A stretch of 64,000 nt of DNA from an uncultured Veillonellaceae bacterium (GTDB lineage Bacteria > Bacillota > Negativicutes > JARBTT01), in NCBI GenBank assembly GCA_963805085.1, contig CAWDTA010000002.1:736001-800000 (forward strand). Reading direction: 5' to 3'. Positions 52,422 through 63,332 of this stretch are shown here, one piece after another (the first letter of the stretch is position 1; every line of letters starts with the position of its first letter). The notes beneath the pieces are model-generated. The model had not been told where the DNA came from. It made no database searches and saw only the letters and a program-made list of their open reading frames with translations. A program made the translations under genes and the position numbers.

Positions 52422-54551
52422 CTAATTCAATACCTGCGGACTAGTTGCTGTTTGTGTTTGCTGGGCTTTTCTGATCAGTTTTTCGTTGGCAAACTCGGTA
52501 TATTCCTTGATAAAATATTGTTGACTATCCATTGGTTTCTGCGACAGTAGCCGTTTGGTATATTTACCGTTATTTTGTAGTTCTCTACCTTTTTGATTAT
52601 CCGCTAACATGATTTTTAGGTCAGCATATATCTTTCTTTTGATCTGCTTGTCCAAAATCGGGCAAGCAATCTCTACTCTTTTTTCCGTATTTCTCGTCAT
52701 CAAATCTGCCGATGAGATGAACATTTTCATTTGCGACTCCGCCCCAAAGCAGAAGACTCGCGAATGTTCTAAGAATCGACCAACGATACTAATGATCGTA
52801 ACATTGTCTGTCTTCCCTGGCACATTTGGCACCAAGCAGCAGATTCCCCGAATAATCATCGTGATCTTCACACCTGCTTGTGCTGCCATTACCAACTGAT
52901 CAATGATTTGCCGATCGGTAAGCGAATTCATCTTGAGCAGAATCGCACTTCTTTTACCCTGCTGAGCCTTCAACATTTCTTTCTTTATCAACGCTAATAT
53001 TTGCTCTTTTAAGTTCACGGGGGCAACCATTAATGTATCATACTGCCCTTTGAGATTCCCAATACACATGTTTTTAAAGAAGGCTGCCGCATCTTTACCA
53101 ACCTTTTGATTTGCCGTAATCAACGATAGATCCGTATAGATCGCCGCTGTCTGTGCATTGTAATTGCCTGTGCCAATCTGCGTAATGTACTGTACCTTAT
53201 CTTGTTCACATCTAGTAATCAAGCAGATCTTTGAATGCACCTTATAGCCCTCGAAGCCATAAAGAATATTGCAGCCTGCTTCACTTAAATTTTCCGCCCA
53301 GTTAATATTGTTTTGCTCATCAAAACGTGCCCGAAGTTCCATAAGAACAGTAACTTCTTTGCCCATTTCCGCCGCGATAATCAGGTAGTTCATTAATTTA
53401 GCTTTATGATTTCCCATACGATAAATGGTAATTTTTATCGATACTACTTTTTCATCGTAAGCCGCTTCTTTGATTAATTTTAAAAATAAGTCAAAATTTT
53501 GATAAGGATAGGTCAGCAAAACATCTTTTTCTAAAACATAATCGATCATTCGCTGCTCTGCATCAACTTCACAAACAGACACTGGTTTAAATGGTTCATA
53601 TTGCAAGCGTTGTCGTTGCTGATATGCAAGCTTTTCCGCTAAAGAAAATACGTAGGATAAACGGATCGGTGCCTTTGTCTTGTAAATTTGCTTTCGCTCA
53701 ATGTTTAACCGTGTGCAGAGATAATCTACCATCAAGGAATCGCCACTCGTTTCCATTTCTAAACGGACTGGCGCTAATCGCAAGCGCTTTTTTAACGTCT
53801 TTTTCACGTGATGGAGATAATCCTCGCCCTCTTCAATATCCTCATCATCGGGACTAATATCGGCATTTCGCGTAACACAAATCACGGATTTATCGACGAT
53901 AGAATACATGTCAAACACCTTATCTACATAGGCCAAGATGATTTCCTCTAGCAATATATAACGAATGGATTTTCCCGGTAAAAAAATCTGTTTTGGTAGA
54001 GAAACCGGCACTGGAATGATTCCTAGCGTAATCTTTTTCTTCCGTTTCAGTAAGATGGCAATATGTAAGACTTGATTCGCTAGGTGAGGAAACGGATGTT
54101 GAAAATCAATGATCTGCGGTGACAGCAATGGAGCAACATAATTGTCAAAATACTGCACAATCTCATTTGTTTCATCGATATTCAACTGATTAATTGCTGC
54201 TCGTTCGATACCCTCAGCACGCAAATTTTCTTCAATCCTGGCGAGAACATCATCCCGTTTTTTATATAATTTATTAGTAACACTAAAAATTTTTTCTAAC
54301 TGCTCTGTTGGCGTCAGCAAAGATTTATTATCCAGAGCATCTTTTTTCAATAAGGACAAATCAAATAAACTTCCCACCCGAATCATAAAAAATTCATCTA
54401 AATTATTTGTGAAAATCGCTACGAATTTTAATCGTTCATATAAAGGAACCTGTTCATCATTGGCTTCTTCTAATACTCGTTCATTAAATCTCAGCCATGA
54501 TAACTCCCTATTTTGCGTATAACTAATATCAAGACTTTTTGCTTTCCCCAT
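52422..54551 (-). CDS. ppk1: Polyphosphate kinase 1
   Basis: NRELSWLRFNERV, NLDEFFMIRV, ELRARFDE, KVHSK and GRFLEHSR motifs. Confidence 0.95.
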   Translation of the reverse strand: MGKAKSLDISYTQNRELSWLRFNERVLEEANDEQVPLYERLKFVAIFTNNLDEFFMIRVGSLFDLSLLKKDALDNKSLLTPTEQLEKIFSVTNKLYKKRDDVLARIEENLRAEGIERAAINQLNIDETNEIVQYFDNYVAPLLSPQIIDFQHPFPHLANQVLHIAILLKRKKKITLGIIPVPVSLPKQIFLPGKSIRYILLEEIILAYVDKVFDMYSIVDKSVICVTRNADISPDDEDIEEGEDYLHHVKKTLKKRLRLAPVRLEMETSGDSLMVDYLCTRLNIERKQIYKTKAPIRLSYVFSLAEKLAYQQRQRLQYEPFKPVSVCEVDAEQRMIDYVLEKDVLLTYPYQNFDLFLKLIKEAAYDEKVVSIKITIYRMGNHKAKLMNYLIIAAEMGKEVTVLMELRARFDEQNNINWAENLSEAGCNILYGFEGYKVHSKICLITRCEQDKVQYITQIGTGNYNAQTAAIYTDLSLITANQKVGKDAAAFFKNMCIGNLKGQYDTLMVAPVNLKEQILALIKKEMLKAQQGKRSAILLKMNSLTDRQIIDQLVMAAQAGVKITMIIRGICCLVPNVPGKTDNVTIISIVGRFLEHSRVFCFGAESQMKMFISSADLMTRNTEKRVEIACPILDKQIKRKIYADLKIMLADNQKGRELQNNGKYTKRLLSQKPMDSQQYFIKEYTEFANEKLIRKAQQTQTATSPQVLN

Positions 54552-55638
54552 CTTTTACCTCTATAGCAACTTTTTCATTTTGTTTACTTTGATTATTTTT
54601 ATTCGTAGCAACTTTTTTTACTATCTTACTATCAGCTTTTTCATCTATTACTTGAGGTTCTTTCTTCGCTGGCGCTTTATTTTCTAGTAGCACTGCTGCA
54701 TCATTCTTTTTTAAAGCTTTCGGTGTTTTCAGCACTTTGCTATATATATAGCCTTCTCGCACTCCAAAATTGCTGACAACAATCGTTTCACTTTTAAAAT
54801 ATTTGATTAGAGTATGGAGAATAATCATGCCGGGTAAAATTGTTCCGATTCTATCTGGTACTGTTTTTAGTAAAATATCTAACGTCTCACTAGAAATAAG
54901 GTTATCATCTTCATCATTTTCTAGTAGCTTAATCATTTTTTTCACATTAGGCGCTTTTATTTCACAATTATCAGTAGGTAAATTAAATAAAAAATTATTA
55001 ATCTTGCTCGCTGCCCGAATCGTTCCACCAACCCCACAAACAACCGTCTGTTTTTCAGCATCTAGGTCCATATAATCCTCTAACTCAGATAATACAGCCT
55101 CCTTGATGGATCTTCGTTCGTTCTTATCTGGCAATAAGCCCTCTACATATTGGCTGTATGCATTCAAAGAACCAAGCGGTATACTGATTGCATTCACAAT
55201 CGTTGAATTTTTATAAATAACAAGTTCCGTACTGGCTCCACCGATATCAATGAGTAGTCCATCTTGCGCTTGCATCGCATGAGTAGCCCCAACAAAGTCC
55301 AGTGTTGCTTCTTCACTACCAGAAAGCACCGTAATTGGTACGCCAGTTCTTTCCGTGATTTCAACTACTGCCTCAGCACTATTTGACACGTTACGTAAAG
55401 CTGCTGTTGCAAACGCAGCTACATTGGTGATATTAAAGTTATCTAATAATATTTTAAAATCGTCCAAAGCTAGACAAGCTTTGTCTATTCCTTCTGGCAT
55501 CATCTTGCCTTTTTTCATATGAGAAGCCAAACCCGCAGTATGTTTTTTGTTTAATAACACCGTTAATTTATCAGCTTCTACTTTATAGATAGCCAAACGT
55601 ATCGTATTCGAGCCAATATCAATAATTGCTTGTACCAT
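54529..55638 (-). CDS. ppx: Ppx/GppA-family exopolyphosphatase with Lys-rich tail
   Basis: IDIGSNTIRL, ATAALR, DIGGASTE and GVREG motifs. Confidence 0.88.
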   Translation of the reverse strand: MVQAIIDIGSNTIRLAIYKVEADKLTVLLNKKHTAGLASHMKKGKMMPEGIDKACLALDDFKILLDNFNITNVAAFATAALRNVSNSAEAVVEITERTGVPITVLSGSEEATLDFVGATHAMQAQDGLLIDIGGASTELVIYKNSTIVNAISIPLGSLNAYSQYVEGLLPDKNERRSIKEAVLSELEDYMDLDAEKQTVVCGVGGTIRAASKINNFLFNLPTDNCEIKAPNVKKMIKLLENDEDDNLISSETLDILLKTVPDRIGTILPGMIILHTLIKYFKSETIVVSNFGVREGYIYSKVLKTPKALKKNDAAVLLENKAPAKKEPQVIDEKADSKIVKKVATNKNNQSKQNEKVAIEVKDGESKKS

Positions 55639-55978
55639 GTTTATCTCACTCCATCTATGCCTAAATATTTTATTTTCGCTTCCAGATACCTTTGCTAACC
55701 GAGATTTTCCAAGGATTGCTGTTTTGTATTTTTCCATCATCCCTCCTAGATTCGTTACTTTTGAAGCGATGGAAATATTTATTTATATTCCTATATAATT
55801 TATCATAGTATATTTCCCACAGAGTCGTGTTAATTGTTTGTTAAATTATTATTAATATTATGTTAATTTTACAAATTTCTTTAATAAAAAACAAAAATAA
55901 AAATAAAGAAATCAGCAATGAAGCTAATTTCTTTATTTTAATAGTCATTTTGTATCTGAAATTGTGCAGTAACTGTGA

Positions 55979-58414
55979 TTAATCAGAGTCCGACTTTTTT
56001 TCTACCGCAGCAAGTGAAGCAACCTTGTCATTTTTAGCTGTCTTCATCAATGTAACACCTTGGGTATTACGGCTGATTACTGAAATATCATCGATGTCAA
56101 TACGGATAACGATACCTTCAGTAGATATTAAAATCAATTCTTGACCTGGTTTTACGACTTTAATACCAATTACTTGGCCTGTTTTATCCGTTACTTTCAT
56201 GTTGATGATACCTTTACCACCACGTGTTTGCAAGCGATACTCAGTCGTAAATGTACGTTTACCGAAACCTTCTTCCGTTACAGTAAGTACTTCTGCATCG
56301 CGAGTTAGTGTCTCCATGCCGATAACGAGATCGTCTTCTTTTAAACGGATACCACGAACCCCATGCGCAGTTCTACCCATTGAGCGAACATCTTTTTCTG
56401 AGAAGGTAATCGCCATACCACTACGAGTACCCATGATGATATGTTGTTCACCATTGGTTAATTTTACCCCAATCAAGTCATCATCATCATCTAAGGAAAT
56501 CGCAATTAGGCCGCCCTTACGCGCTGTATCGAAATCCATAAGTTCTGTCTTTTTCACGATACCTTTTTGGGTTGCCATGAATAAGAATCTGTTATTAGAA
56601 AATTCTCTGACTGGAATAACTGCCGTAATTTTTTCATTCTTTTCAAGCGGTAATAGATTGACGATCGCAGTACCTTTTGCAGTACGACTTGCTTCGGCAA
56701 TTTCATAGCCCTTCAAACGATATACTCGACCACGACTCGTGAAGAATAAGATATTATGATGCGTCGTTGTAACAAATAAATGTTCAACGAAATCTTCTTC
56801 TTTTGTTCCCATACCAGCTACGCCACGACCACCACGTTTTTGATTACGATACGTATCAACTGGTAAGCGTTTAATATAGCTGCCATGTGTCAAAGTAATA
56901 ACGATATCTTCTTCCGCAATTAAATCTTCCATATCTAATTTAGATACATCCGTTGTAATCACAGTACGTCTATTATCACTGAATCTACGTCTTACTTCAG
57001 TAAGTTCTTCTTTAATAATATTAAGCACTTTTTGCTCATCAGCTAGCACTGATTCTAACCACTCAATCGTTTTCAATAATGCTTGATATTCATCTTCAAT
57101 TTTTTCACGTTCCAAACCAGTTAAGCGTTGTAAACGTAAATCTAAAATTGCTTGGGCTTGTTTCTCGGATAAAGAGAAACCTTCCATTAAAGCATTACGA
57201 GCAATATCTGCCGTTTGTGATTGACGAATGGTCTTAATTACTGCTTCGATATGATCAAGTGCAATTTTCAAACCTTCTAAGATATGGGCTCTTGCTTGTG
57301 CTTTCGCAAGTTCATATCTTGTCCGTCTCGTAATGATTTCTTTCTGATGTTCTACATAGTAATACAAAACTTCACGAAGGTTTAATACCCTCGGTCTACC
57401 ATCCACAAGTGCAAGCATGATGATACCAAAACTTTCTTGCATTTGAGTATGTTTATAAAGTTGGTTTAATATAACATCTGGATTGGTATCGCGGCGCAAT
57501 TCAATAACGACGCGCATCCCTTTACGGTCACTTTCATCACGAAGATCAGTAATACCGTCAATGGATTTTTCACGAACCAATTCCGCAATTTTTTCTACTA
57601 AACGAGCTTTATTTACTTGATATGGCAATTCTGTTACTAAAATTCTTGGTTTACCATTCGACATCTTCTCAATACGAGCTTGCGCACGCATTTTTACTAC
57701 CCCACGACCAGTCGTATAAGCAGAATGAATGCCCTCTCTACCAAGAATCAAACCAGCAGTTGGGAAATCAGGGCCTTTGATTACCATCATTAATTCTGGC
57801 ACAGTTACCTCTGGATTATCAATTAACATCAATACACCATCAATAACTTCACCTAAATTATGGGGAGGAATATTCGTTGCCATACCTACAGCAATCCCAG
57901 AAGAACCATTGACTAATAAGTTTGGTAATTTTGCTGGTAATACTGATGGCTCTTTTAAAGATTCATCATAGTTGGGTACAAAGTTAACCGTTTCTTTTTC
58001 AATGTCTTGCAACATCGCTTCGGCAACACGGGACATACGAACTTCTGTATAACGCATTGCTGCTGCCGAGTCACCATCGATCGAACCGAAGTTACCATGA
58101 CCATCGACTAATAAATACCTTGTCGAGAACTCCTGTGCCATCCGCACGGTAGCTTCATAAACTGAACTATCGCCATGTGGATGATACTTACCTAGTACTT
58201 CCCCGACTATACGTGCCGATTTTTTGTATGGCTTATTTGGCGCCATTCCAGCTTCATGCATTGCATACAAAATACGTCTATGTACCGGTTTTAACCCATC
58301 GCGAACATCTGGCAAAGCACGCATGACGATAACGCTCATCGCGTAATCGATATAAGAATTTTTCATTTCATCTTCAATGCGTACAGGCAAGACTTTACCT
58401 AAACCAAAATCCAC
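55979..58414 (-). CDS. gyrA: DNA gyrase subunit A
   Basis: [14 protein letters not shown] and GyrA-box QKRGGRG; GTG start. Confidence 0.96.
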   Translation of the reverse strand: MDFGLGKVLPVRIEDEMKNSYIDYAMSVIVMRALPDVRDGLKPVHRRILYAMHEAGMAPNKPYKKSARIVGEVLGKYHPHGDSSVYEATVRMAQEFSTRYLLVDGHGNFGSIDGDSAAAMRYTEVRMSRVAEAMLQDIEKETVNFVPNYDESLKEPSVLPAKLPNLLVNGSSGIAVGMATNIPPHNLGEVIDGVLMLIDNPEVTVPELMMVIKGPDFPTAGLILGREGIHSAYTTGRGVVKMRAQARIEKMSNGKPRILVTELPYQVNKARLVEKIAELVREKSIDGITDLRDESDRKGMRVVIELRRDTNPDVILNQLYKHTQMQESFGIIMLALVDGRPRVLNLREVLYYYVEHQKEIITRRTRYELAKAQARAHILEGLKIALDHIEAVIKTIRQSQTADIARNALMEGFSLSEKQAQAILDLRLQRLTGLEREKIEDEYQALLKTIEWLESVLADEQKVLNIIKEELTEVRRRFSDNRRTVITTDVSKLDMEDLIAEEDIVITLTHGSYIKRLPVDTYRNQKRGGRGVAGMGTKEEDFVEHLFVTTTHHNILFFTSRGRVYRLKGYEIAEASRTAKGTAIVNLLPLEKNEKITAVIPVREFSNNRFLFMATQKGIVKKTELMDFDTARKGGLIAISLDDDDDLIGVKLTNGEQHIIMGTRSGMAITFSEKDVRSMGRTAHGVRGIRLKEDDLVIGMETLTRDAEVLTVTEEGFGKRTFTTEYRLQTRGGKGIINMKVTDKTGQVIGIKVVKPGQELILISTEGIVIRIDIDDISVISRNTQGVTLMKTAKNDKVASLAAVEKKSDSD

Positions 58415-58668
58415 ATTCTCACCTCAAATAATATTATTTCTTAGCTTTATGTATAAAATCTAAATTGATTTCAATCCCCTATATTTATTCCGTATATTGC
58501 TATATACAACTCCTAATTATAGCATAGAAAGCGATTTATGTAAAAAATTTTAACGAACCTGCATTTCCTTGTCATTTGTTATTATTCTTGCCGAAAATCA
58601 TCAATAGTAACCAATTCTTTTCACCGTCCATATACTATAGCAAACTATGATGCTAGGGAGGTCATTAG

Positions 58669-59304
58669 ATGGATTTATCCTATGTGATTTTACTTGGAAT
58701 CGCGGTAAGTATTGATGGATTTTTTGCCGGTATCGCTTATGGCCTAAAAAATATTAGAGTCTCCTTCTTAGCGCTATCGTTAATTGGCTTTGTAACCTTC
58801 GTTTGCACGACGCTGGCAATGAGCTCTGCTAGTCTCCTATTGGAGTTTATCAATCCTTCCATTGCAACACTCTTTGGAGGCTTCTTACTGATTTTGATTG
58901 GATCAATGAGTCTTTTACACCAGTACCTATTAAAAGCACCAGTAAATGAAAACGTAGCTAAAAGCCAAACACCAACGAAGATTACGATCTCGTTAGGTAG
59001 GCTGGTAATCAGTATCATGGCAAAGCCAGAATGCGCTGATATGGACTGCTCTAATCATCTAAATAAGACTGAAGCATTGCTCCTTGGTCTTGCACTTGGC
59101 ATAGATAATATGATTGCTACCTTTGCCGTTGGGCTCACCACTTCCTTGCAGCTTTATACTCCGATCGTGATGTGTATCATTCAAAGCAGTATTGTATGGA
59201 GCGGAATCTACCTTGCAAAAAAAATGATTTCTCCTCATATGAAACATAGGATTGCCTATGCGCCTGGTTGCGTCCTAATCTTACTCGGACTCATCAGACT
59301 ATAA
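58669..59304 (+). CDS. YtaF/MntP-family membrane protein
   Basis: AVSIDGFFAGIAYG, ADMDCS..L...EA and LALGIDN motifs. Confidence 0.8.
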   Translation: MDLSYVILLGIAVSIDGFFAGIAYGLKNIRVSFLALSLIGFVTFVCTTLAMSSASLLLEFINPSIATLFGGFLLILIGSMSLLHQYLLKAPVNENVAKSQTPTKITISLGRLVISIMAKPECADMDCSNHLNKTEALLLGLALGIDNMIATFAVGLTTSLQLYTPIVMCIIQSSIVWSGIYLAKKMISPHMKHRIAYAPGCVLILLGLIRL

Positions 59305-59364
59305 AGAAAAGCTTCCTTCCACGATAAGAATTTGGTCCAATTCAAAATTGAAAGGAAGCTTTTT

Positions 59365-60297
59365 TTATTTGATTGCCTTTATTACTTTTTTCTTTAAAAC
59401 CTTATCGTATAAATACCCTTCACGTACACCAGACTTACTGACAATAATCGTCTCACTCTGAAACTGACTAGCCAGCGTATCCAAAATGATTAAACCCGGA
59501 ATAATCGTCTTAATCCGTTCTGGTACAACTTTAAGTAAAAGCTCTAAATTATCTTTGGAAATTATCTCAGCATCATGTTCGAACTTATTGATCATCTTGC
59601 GAATGCATGGCACCTCAATTTTATCATTGCTTTCTGATAAAGAAAACAGTTCATTATTGAGCTTTACAGCACCATTAAAAGTCCCACCAATTCCACAAAT
59701 ATCCTTATAAATTCCGTTCTTAAATTCTACTGCCGACTCTAGTTCTAACAACACTTCATTTTTGATCGTTGCCTCTTCTTCTTTGCTTGGGAATAACCCT
59801 TTTATATGCTTTGTATGCATCGCAAGTGAACCAATTGGCATGCTGATCATGCTTAAAATAGCTCCCTCTTTATAACTGACCAGTTCCGTACTGGCTCCGC
59901 CGATATCAATTAAAATTCCATCTTTCGTTTCCATGGCATGCGTTGCCCCAATAAAATCAAATGCAGCTTCTTCATTTCCCGAAATAACTATAATTTCAAT
60001 ACCGGTATGTTGTATGATCTGAGCCACTGCTTCTTTACTATTTTCCACATTACGTAATGCCGCTGTCGTAAAAGCTACCACATTGGTTATATTAAAATTG
60101 CTTAGAAATACTTTGAATTCTGCTAAGACCTCACAAGCTTTTTGAATCCCCTCTGGTTGCATAACATTATTTTGAATATAAGCAGCCAAACCTACTGTAT
60201 GCTTCTTTTTTATTAGCAATTCCAACTTTCCATTGTCAACCTTATAAATTGCTAATCTAATTGTACTCGAACCAATATCAATAATCCCGTGAATCAT
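59365..60297 (-). CDS. Second Ppx/GppA-family phosphatase
   Basis: IDIGSSTIRL, TTAALR, DIGGASTE and GVREG motifs. Confidence 0.88.
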   Translation of the reverse strand: MIHGIIDIGSSTIRLAIYKVDNGKLELLIKKKHTVGLAAYIQNNVMQPEGIQKACEVLAEFKVFLSNFNITNVVAFTTAALRNVENSKEAVAQIIQHTGIEIIVISGNEEAAFDFIGATHAMETKDGILIDIGGASTELVSYKEGAILSMISMPIGSLAMHTKHIKGLFPSKEEEATIKNEVLLELESAVEFKNGIYKDICGIGGTFNGAVKLNNELFSLSESNDKIEVPCIRKMINKFEHDAEIISKDNLELLLKVVPERIKTIIPGLIILDTLASQFQSETIIVSKSGVREGYLYDKVLKKKVIKAIK

Positions 60298-60495
60298 AGC
60301 TGCAAACTCCTCATACTTTTCTTTCCTAACAAGTTTACCCTCTAGTTTACTCCCACATACTTATATAACGTTATTTTACCAGCAATTATAACATGAAAAA
60401 TAATAAAAAATACATTAAATCTTTGTTAAGATGGCAATATACAAAAAGGATAGAAAATCAAAATGATTTTCTATCCTTTTCCTATGACCAAGCAG

Positions 60496-60927
60496 TTAGT
60501 CTTCGACAACTGTAACGTTTTGCATTAAATCGCCTTGTTTAATATTATCCATAACATCAAGACCTTCAATTACTTGTCCAAATACTGTATGTACACCATC
60601 CAAATGTGGTTGTGCTTCAAGTACAAGGAAAAATTGGCTGCCGCCAGTATCTTTACCACGATGTGCCATAGATAAAGCACCTTTATCATGGATATGCGGA
60701 TTGCCTTTTGTTTCACACTTGATGCTGTAACCGGGGCCACCTGTCCCATTACCATTTGGACAACCAGCTTGCGCTACAAATTCAGGAATTACACGGTGAA
60801 ATTTTAGCCCATTATAAAACCCTTCTTTAATTAATTTTTCAAAATTAGCAACCGTACCAGGCGCTTCTTTTTCAAATAGTTCAATCACAATATTGCCATG
60901 TGCCATTTCAATAATCGCTTTTTTCAT
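60496..60927 (-). CDS. Cyclophilin-type peptidyl-prolyl isomerase
   Basis: FHRVIP, GSQFF and [10 protein letters not shown] motifs. Confidence 0.93.
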   Translation of the reverse strand: MKKAIIEMAHGNIVIELFEKEAPGTVANFEKLIKEGFYNGLKFHRVIPEFVAQAGCPNGNGTGGPGYSIKCETKGNPHIHDKGALSMAHRGKDTGGSQFFLVLEAQPHLDGVHTVFGQVIEGLDVMDNIKQGDLMQNVTVVED

Positions 60928-60995
60928 TCAATAAAAACCTCACTTTTGTCATAATTATGTTATAGTATACCACAGCTTTGTTTACGTTATCAATT

Positions 60996-61760
60996 TTACT
61001 TAAACATATCCCATAATTGCTTACCAATCAGGATTGTACTCATACAAATAAAAAGTGGTTTCACATAACTTGCACCTTTTGTTATTGCCATTTTTGTACC
61101 AAGTAAAGCCCCACAAATCATCGCCAGCCCCATCGGAATTGCATAATAATAGTTTACAACGCCTAAATACGCAAAGGAAAGCGCGCCAGCAATATTACTC
61201 GCAAAATTTAAAGCACGCGCATTTGCTGCCGCGCCAACAAATTCAAAACCAATACAAAGAAAACCAAATAACATAAAAGAACCCGCCCCCGGGCCAAAAA
61301 AACCATCATAAAACCCCATAGCGATAGCAACGCTGCCGCTTAGCAGTGCCTTTTCCTTGCTCATCCCTGTATAAGTAGAAGTTTTGCCCCAATCTTTACG
61401 GAATAAGCTATAAATCGTCACCAAAATCAGCATGACCACGACCATCGGTTTTAAAAAGTCCGATGGAATCAGCTGCACGACATAAACCCCGCAAGCTGAG
61501 CCTAAAAAGCCCAAGGGAAATAAATACTTCATCACACTAAAATCAACTTTTCCTGACCGCATAAAAGATAGTACGCTACTGAGTGCTCCCATCGAAGCAC
61601 CGACTTTATTTGTTCCTAGCACTTGTACCATCGGCATTCCCGTAAGCATTAATGCTGGCATCGAGATTAAGCCACCCCCGCCCACAACGGAATCAATAAA
61701 TGCTGCTATAAATCCAGCTGCCATAATAAATAATAAGATTTCTAGACTAATATCTTCCAC
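60996..61760 (-). CDS. TSUP (TauE/SafE, YfcA-like) transporter
   Basis: FIDSVVGGGGLI, LGTNK and GFYDGFFGPGAG motifs. Confidence 0.88.
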   Translation of the reverse strand: MEDISLEILLFIMAAGFIAAFIDSVVGGGGLISMPALMLTGMPMVQVLGTNKVGASMGALSSVLSFMRSGKVDFSVMKYLFPLGFLGSACGVYVVQLIPSDFLKPMVVVMLILVTIYSLFRKDWGKTSTYTGMSKEKALLSGSVAIAMGFYDGFFGPGAGSFMLFGFLCIGFEFVGAAANARALNFASNIAGALSFAYLGVVNYYYAIPMGLAMICGALLGTKMAITKGASYVKPLFICMSTILIGKQLWDMFK

Positions 61761-61923
61761 AAAACCGCTCCTTTTAACCGAACTCCTCTTACTTTTTATA
61801 TTTTAGCATATTATTCTGTGCAAAACCTTGTATATTACTGTATTTTTCTATTTATGCTATAATCATAGTAAACATACACTACCCTATAATTATAGTAATT
61901 TAATATATTTAGGAGGAATACTC

Positions 61924-62766
61924 ATGGGAAATGCCGATATCATTGATTACAAAATTTTAGGTAATGAAATGCAATTTGTCGAGATTGGACTCGATCCAGA
62001 GGAAAGCGTCATCGCAGAGGTAGGTTGCATGATGTACAAGGACAGCTCCATCGTGATGGATACTCTTTTTGGTGATGGCTCAGGAAAAGAAGGTAATGGC
62101 TTTTTTAATAAATTACTCGGTGCGGGAAAACGTGTCTTATCCGGCGAAAATTTATTCATTACCCTTTTTACTCATAAAGGGCAAGGCAAGGCGAAAATAG
62201 CATTTGCTGCACCTTATCCAGGAAATATCATTCCCATGAATTTAGGTGAAATGGGTGGAACACTGATTTGTCAAAAAGATAGTTTTCTCTGCGCAGCCAA
62301 AGGTGTCTCAGTCAGCATTTACCTACAGAGAAAAATCATGACTGGACTATTTGGCGGTGAAGGGTTTATTATGCAAAAACTCGAAGGCGATGGCTTGGCC
62401 TTCGTTCATGCTGGTGGTACCGTCGTAGAAAAAACATTGCAGCCAGGTGAAATACTTCATGTAGATACTGGCTGCGTCGTTGCTTTTGAACCAAACGTTC
62501 AATTTGACATCGAACGCGTTGGCAATATCAAAACTTCGCTACTCGGTGGTGAAGGGTTCTTCGTTGCAGCGATGGAAGGCCCGGGTAAAATCTGGTTGCA
62601 ATCACTACCATTCACCCGCCTCGCTGGTAGAATCCACAATGCAATGCCATCACGTGGTGGTTCCGCTGATGAATCCAGCTTTGCCGATACAGCAAAAACA
62701 GTCGTAACTGGTGGCGCCATCCTCGGTGGAATTGGCTCCCTCTTTAGCGGCGATGACGAAGACTAA
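61924..62766 (+). CDS. AIM24/TIGR00266-family protein
   Basis: FAAPYPG, CQKDSFLC, FGGEGF, VDTGC and WLQSLP motifs; RBS aggagg. Confidence 0.85.
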   Translation: MGNADIIDYKILGNEMQFVEIGLDPEESVIAEVGCMMYKDSSIVMDTLFGDGSGKEGNGFFNKLLGAGKRVLSGENLFITLFTHKGQGKAKIAFAAPYPGNIIPMNLGEMGGTLICQKDSFLCAAKGVSVSIYLQRKIMTGLFGGEGFIMQKLEGDGLAFVHAGGTVVEKTLQPGEILHVDTGCVVAFEPNVQFDIERVGNIKTSLLGGEGFFVAAMEGPGKIWLQSLPFTRLAGRIHNAMPSRGGSADESSFADTAKTVVTGGAILGGIGSLFSGDDED

Positions 62767-62836
62767 AAAATAGAATCAAAAATAATATGGCTGTTTTAAA
62801 AATGTACCCTAGGCACTCTTTTTTAGTGACTAGGGT

Positions 62837-62889
62837 ATATTTCATAGAAGAAGACTCAACTGTCAGTTGAGTCTTCTTCTATGAAATAT
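62837..62889. repeat. Perfect 25-bp inverted repeat with 3-nt loop
   Basis: atatttcatagaagaagactcaact-gtc-agttgagtcttcttctatgaaatat. Confidence 0.9.
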
Positions 62890-63245
62890 TTCCGATCAAA
62901 TCTTAGCGAATTTATTTTCCTGGGTTTGATTCCCTGCTCTAATAATTCCTTGTCTAATCTTGCATAGGTAACCTCTCTATACTCTTCGAACGAAACATCG
63001 TTAACTATTTCAGTGACATAACCAACTAGTGAAAGATCATATATCGCAATTTTCTCTTGCCGCTCAACCATCAAATATGCTTTGTTTTGCAAGTCTATAA
63101 TTATTTTAAGTTTAATGTCAGTGTTTTCTATTTCCCCAGCCATAATTGTGTCATCCGTTGTTCTGAAGGTCTTATACATTTCCGGAACCTCTGTTTTTCC
63201 AGAAACCAAGCCCTGTTCCTCGTAAATAGATCCGATATCTCCCAT
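62856..63245 (-). CDS. Hypothetical acidic protein or gene fragment
   Basis: Open frame with protein-like composition; start uncertain; no recognised motif. Confidence 0.4.
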   Translation of the reverse strand: MGDIGSIYEEQGLVSGKTEVPEMYKTFRTTDDTIMAGEIENTDIKLKIIIDLQNKAYLMVERQEKIAIYDLSLVGYVTEIVNDVSFEEYREVTYARLDKELLEQGIKPRKINSLRFDRKYFIEEDSTDS

Positions 63246-63332
63246 TTTTTGTGGCGAGACTGACTCCTCGCCACATGCTGGTACGATACTTGACCCCAGT
63301 TTTTTACTGTCTTGTACTGATACCAATTTATA

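Noticed and set aside
58605-58640. Sporulation sigma-type promoter (catatact) before the ytaF-like gene
   Set aside because: Only a -10-like match; no convincing -35
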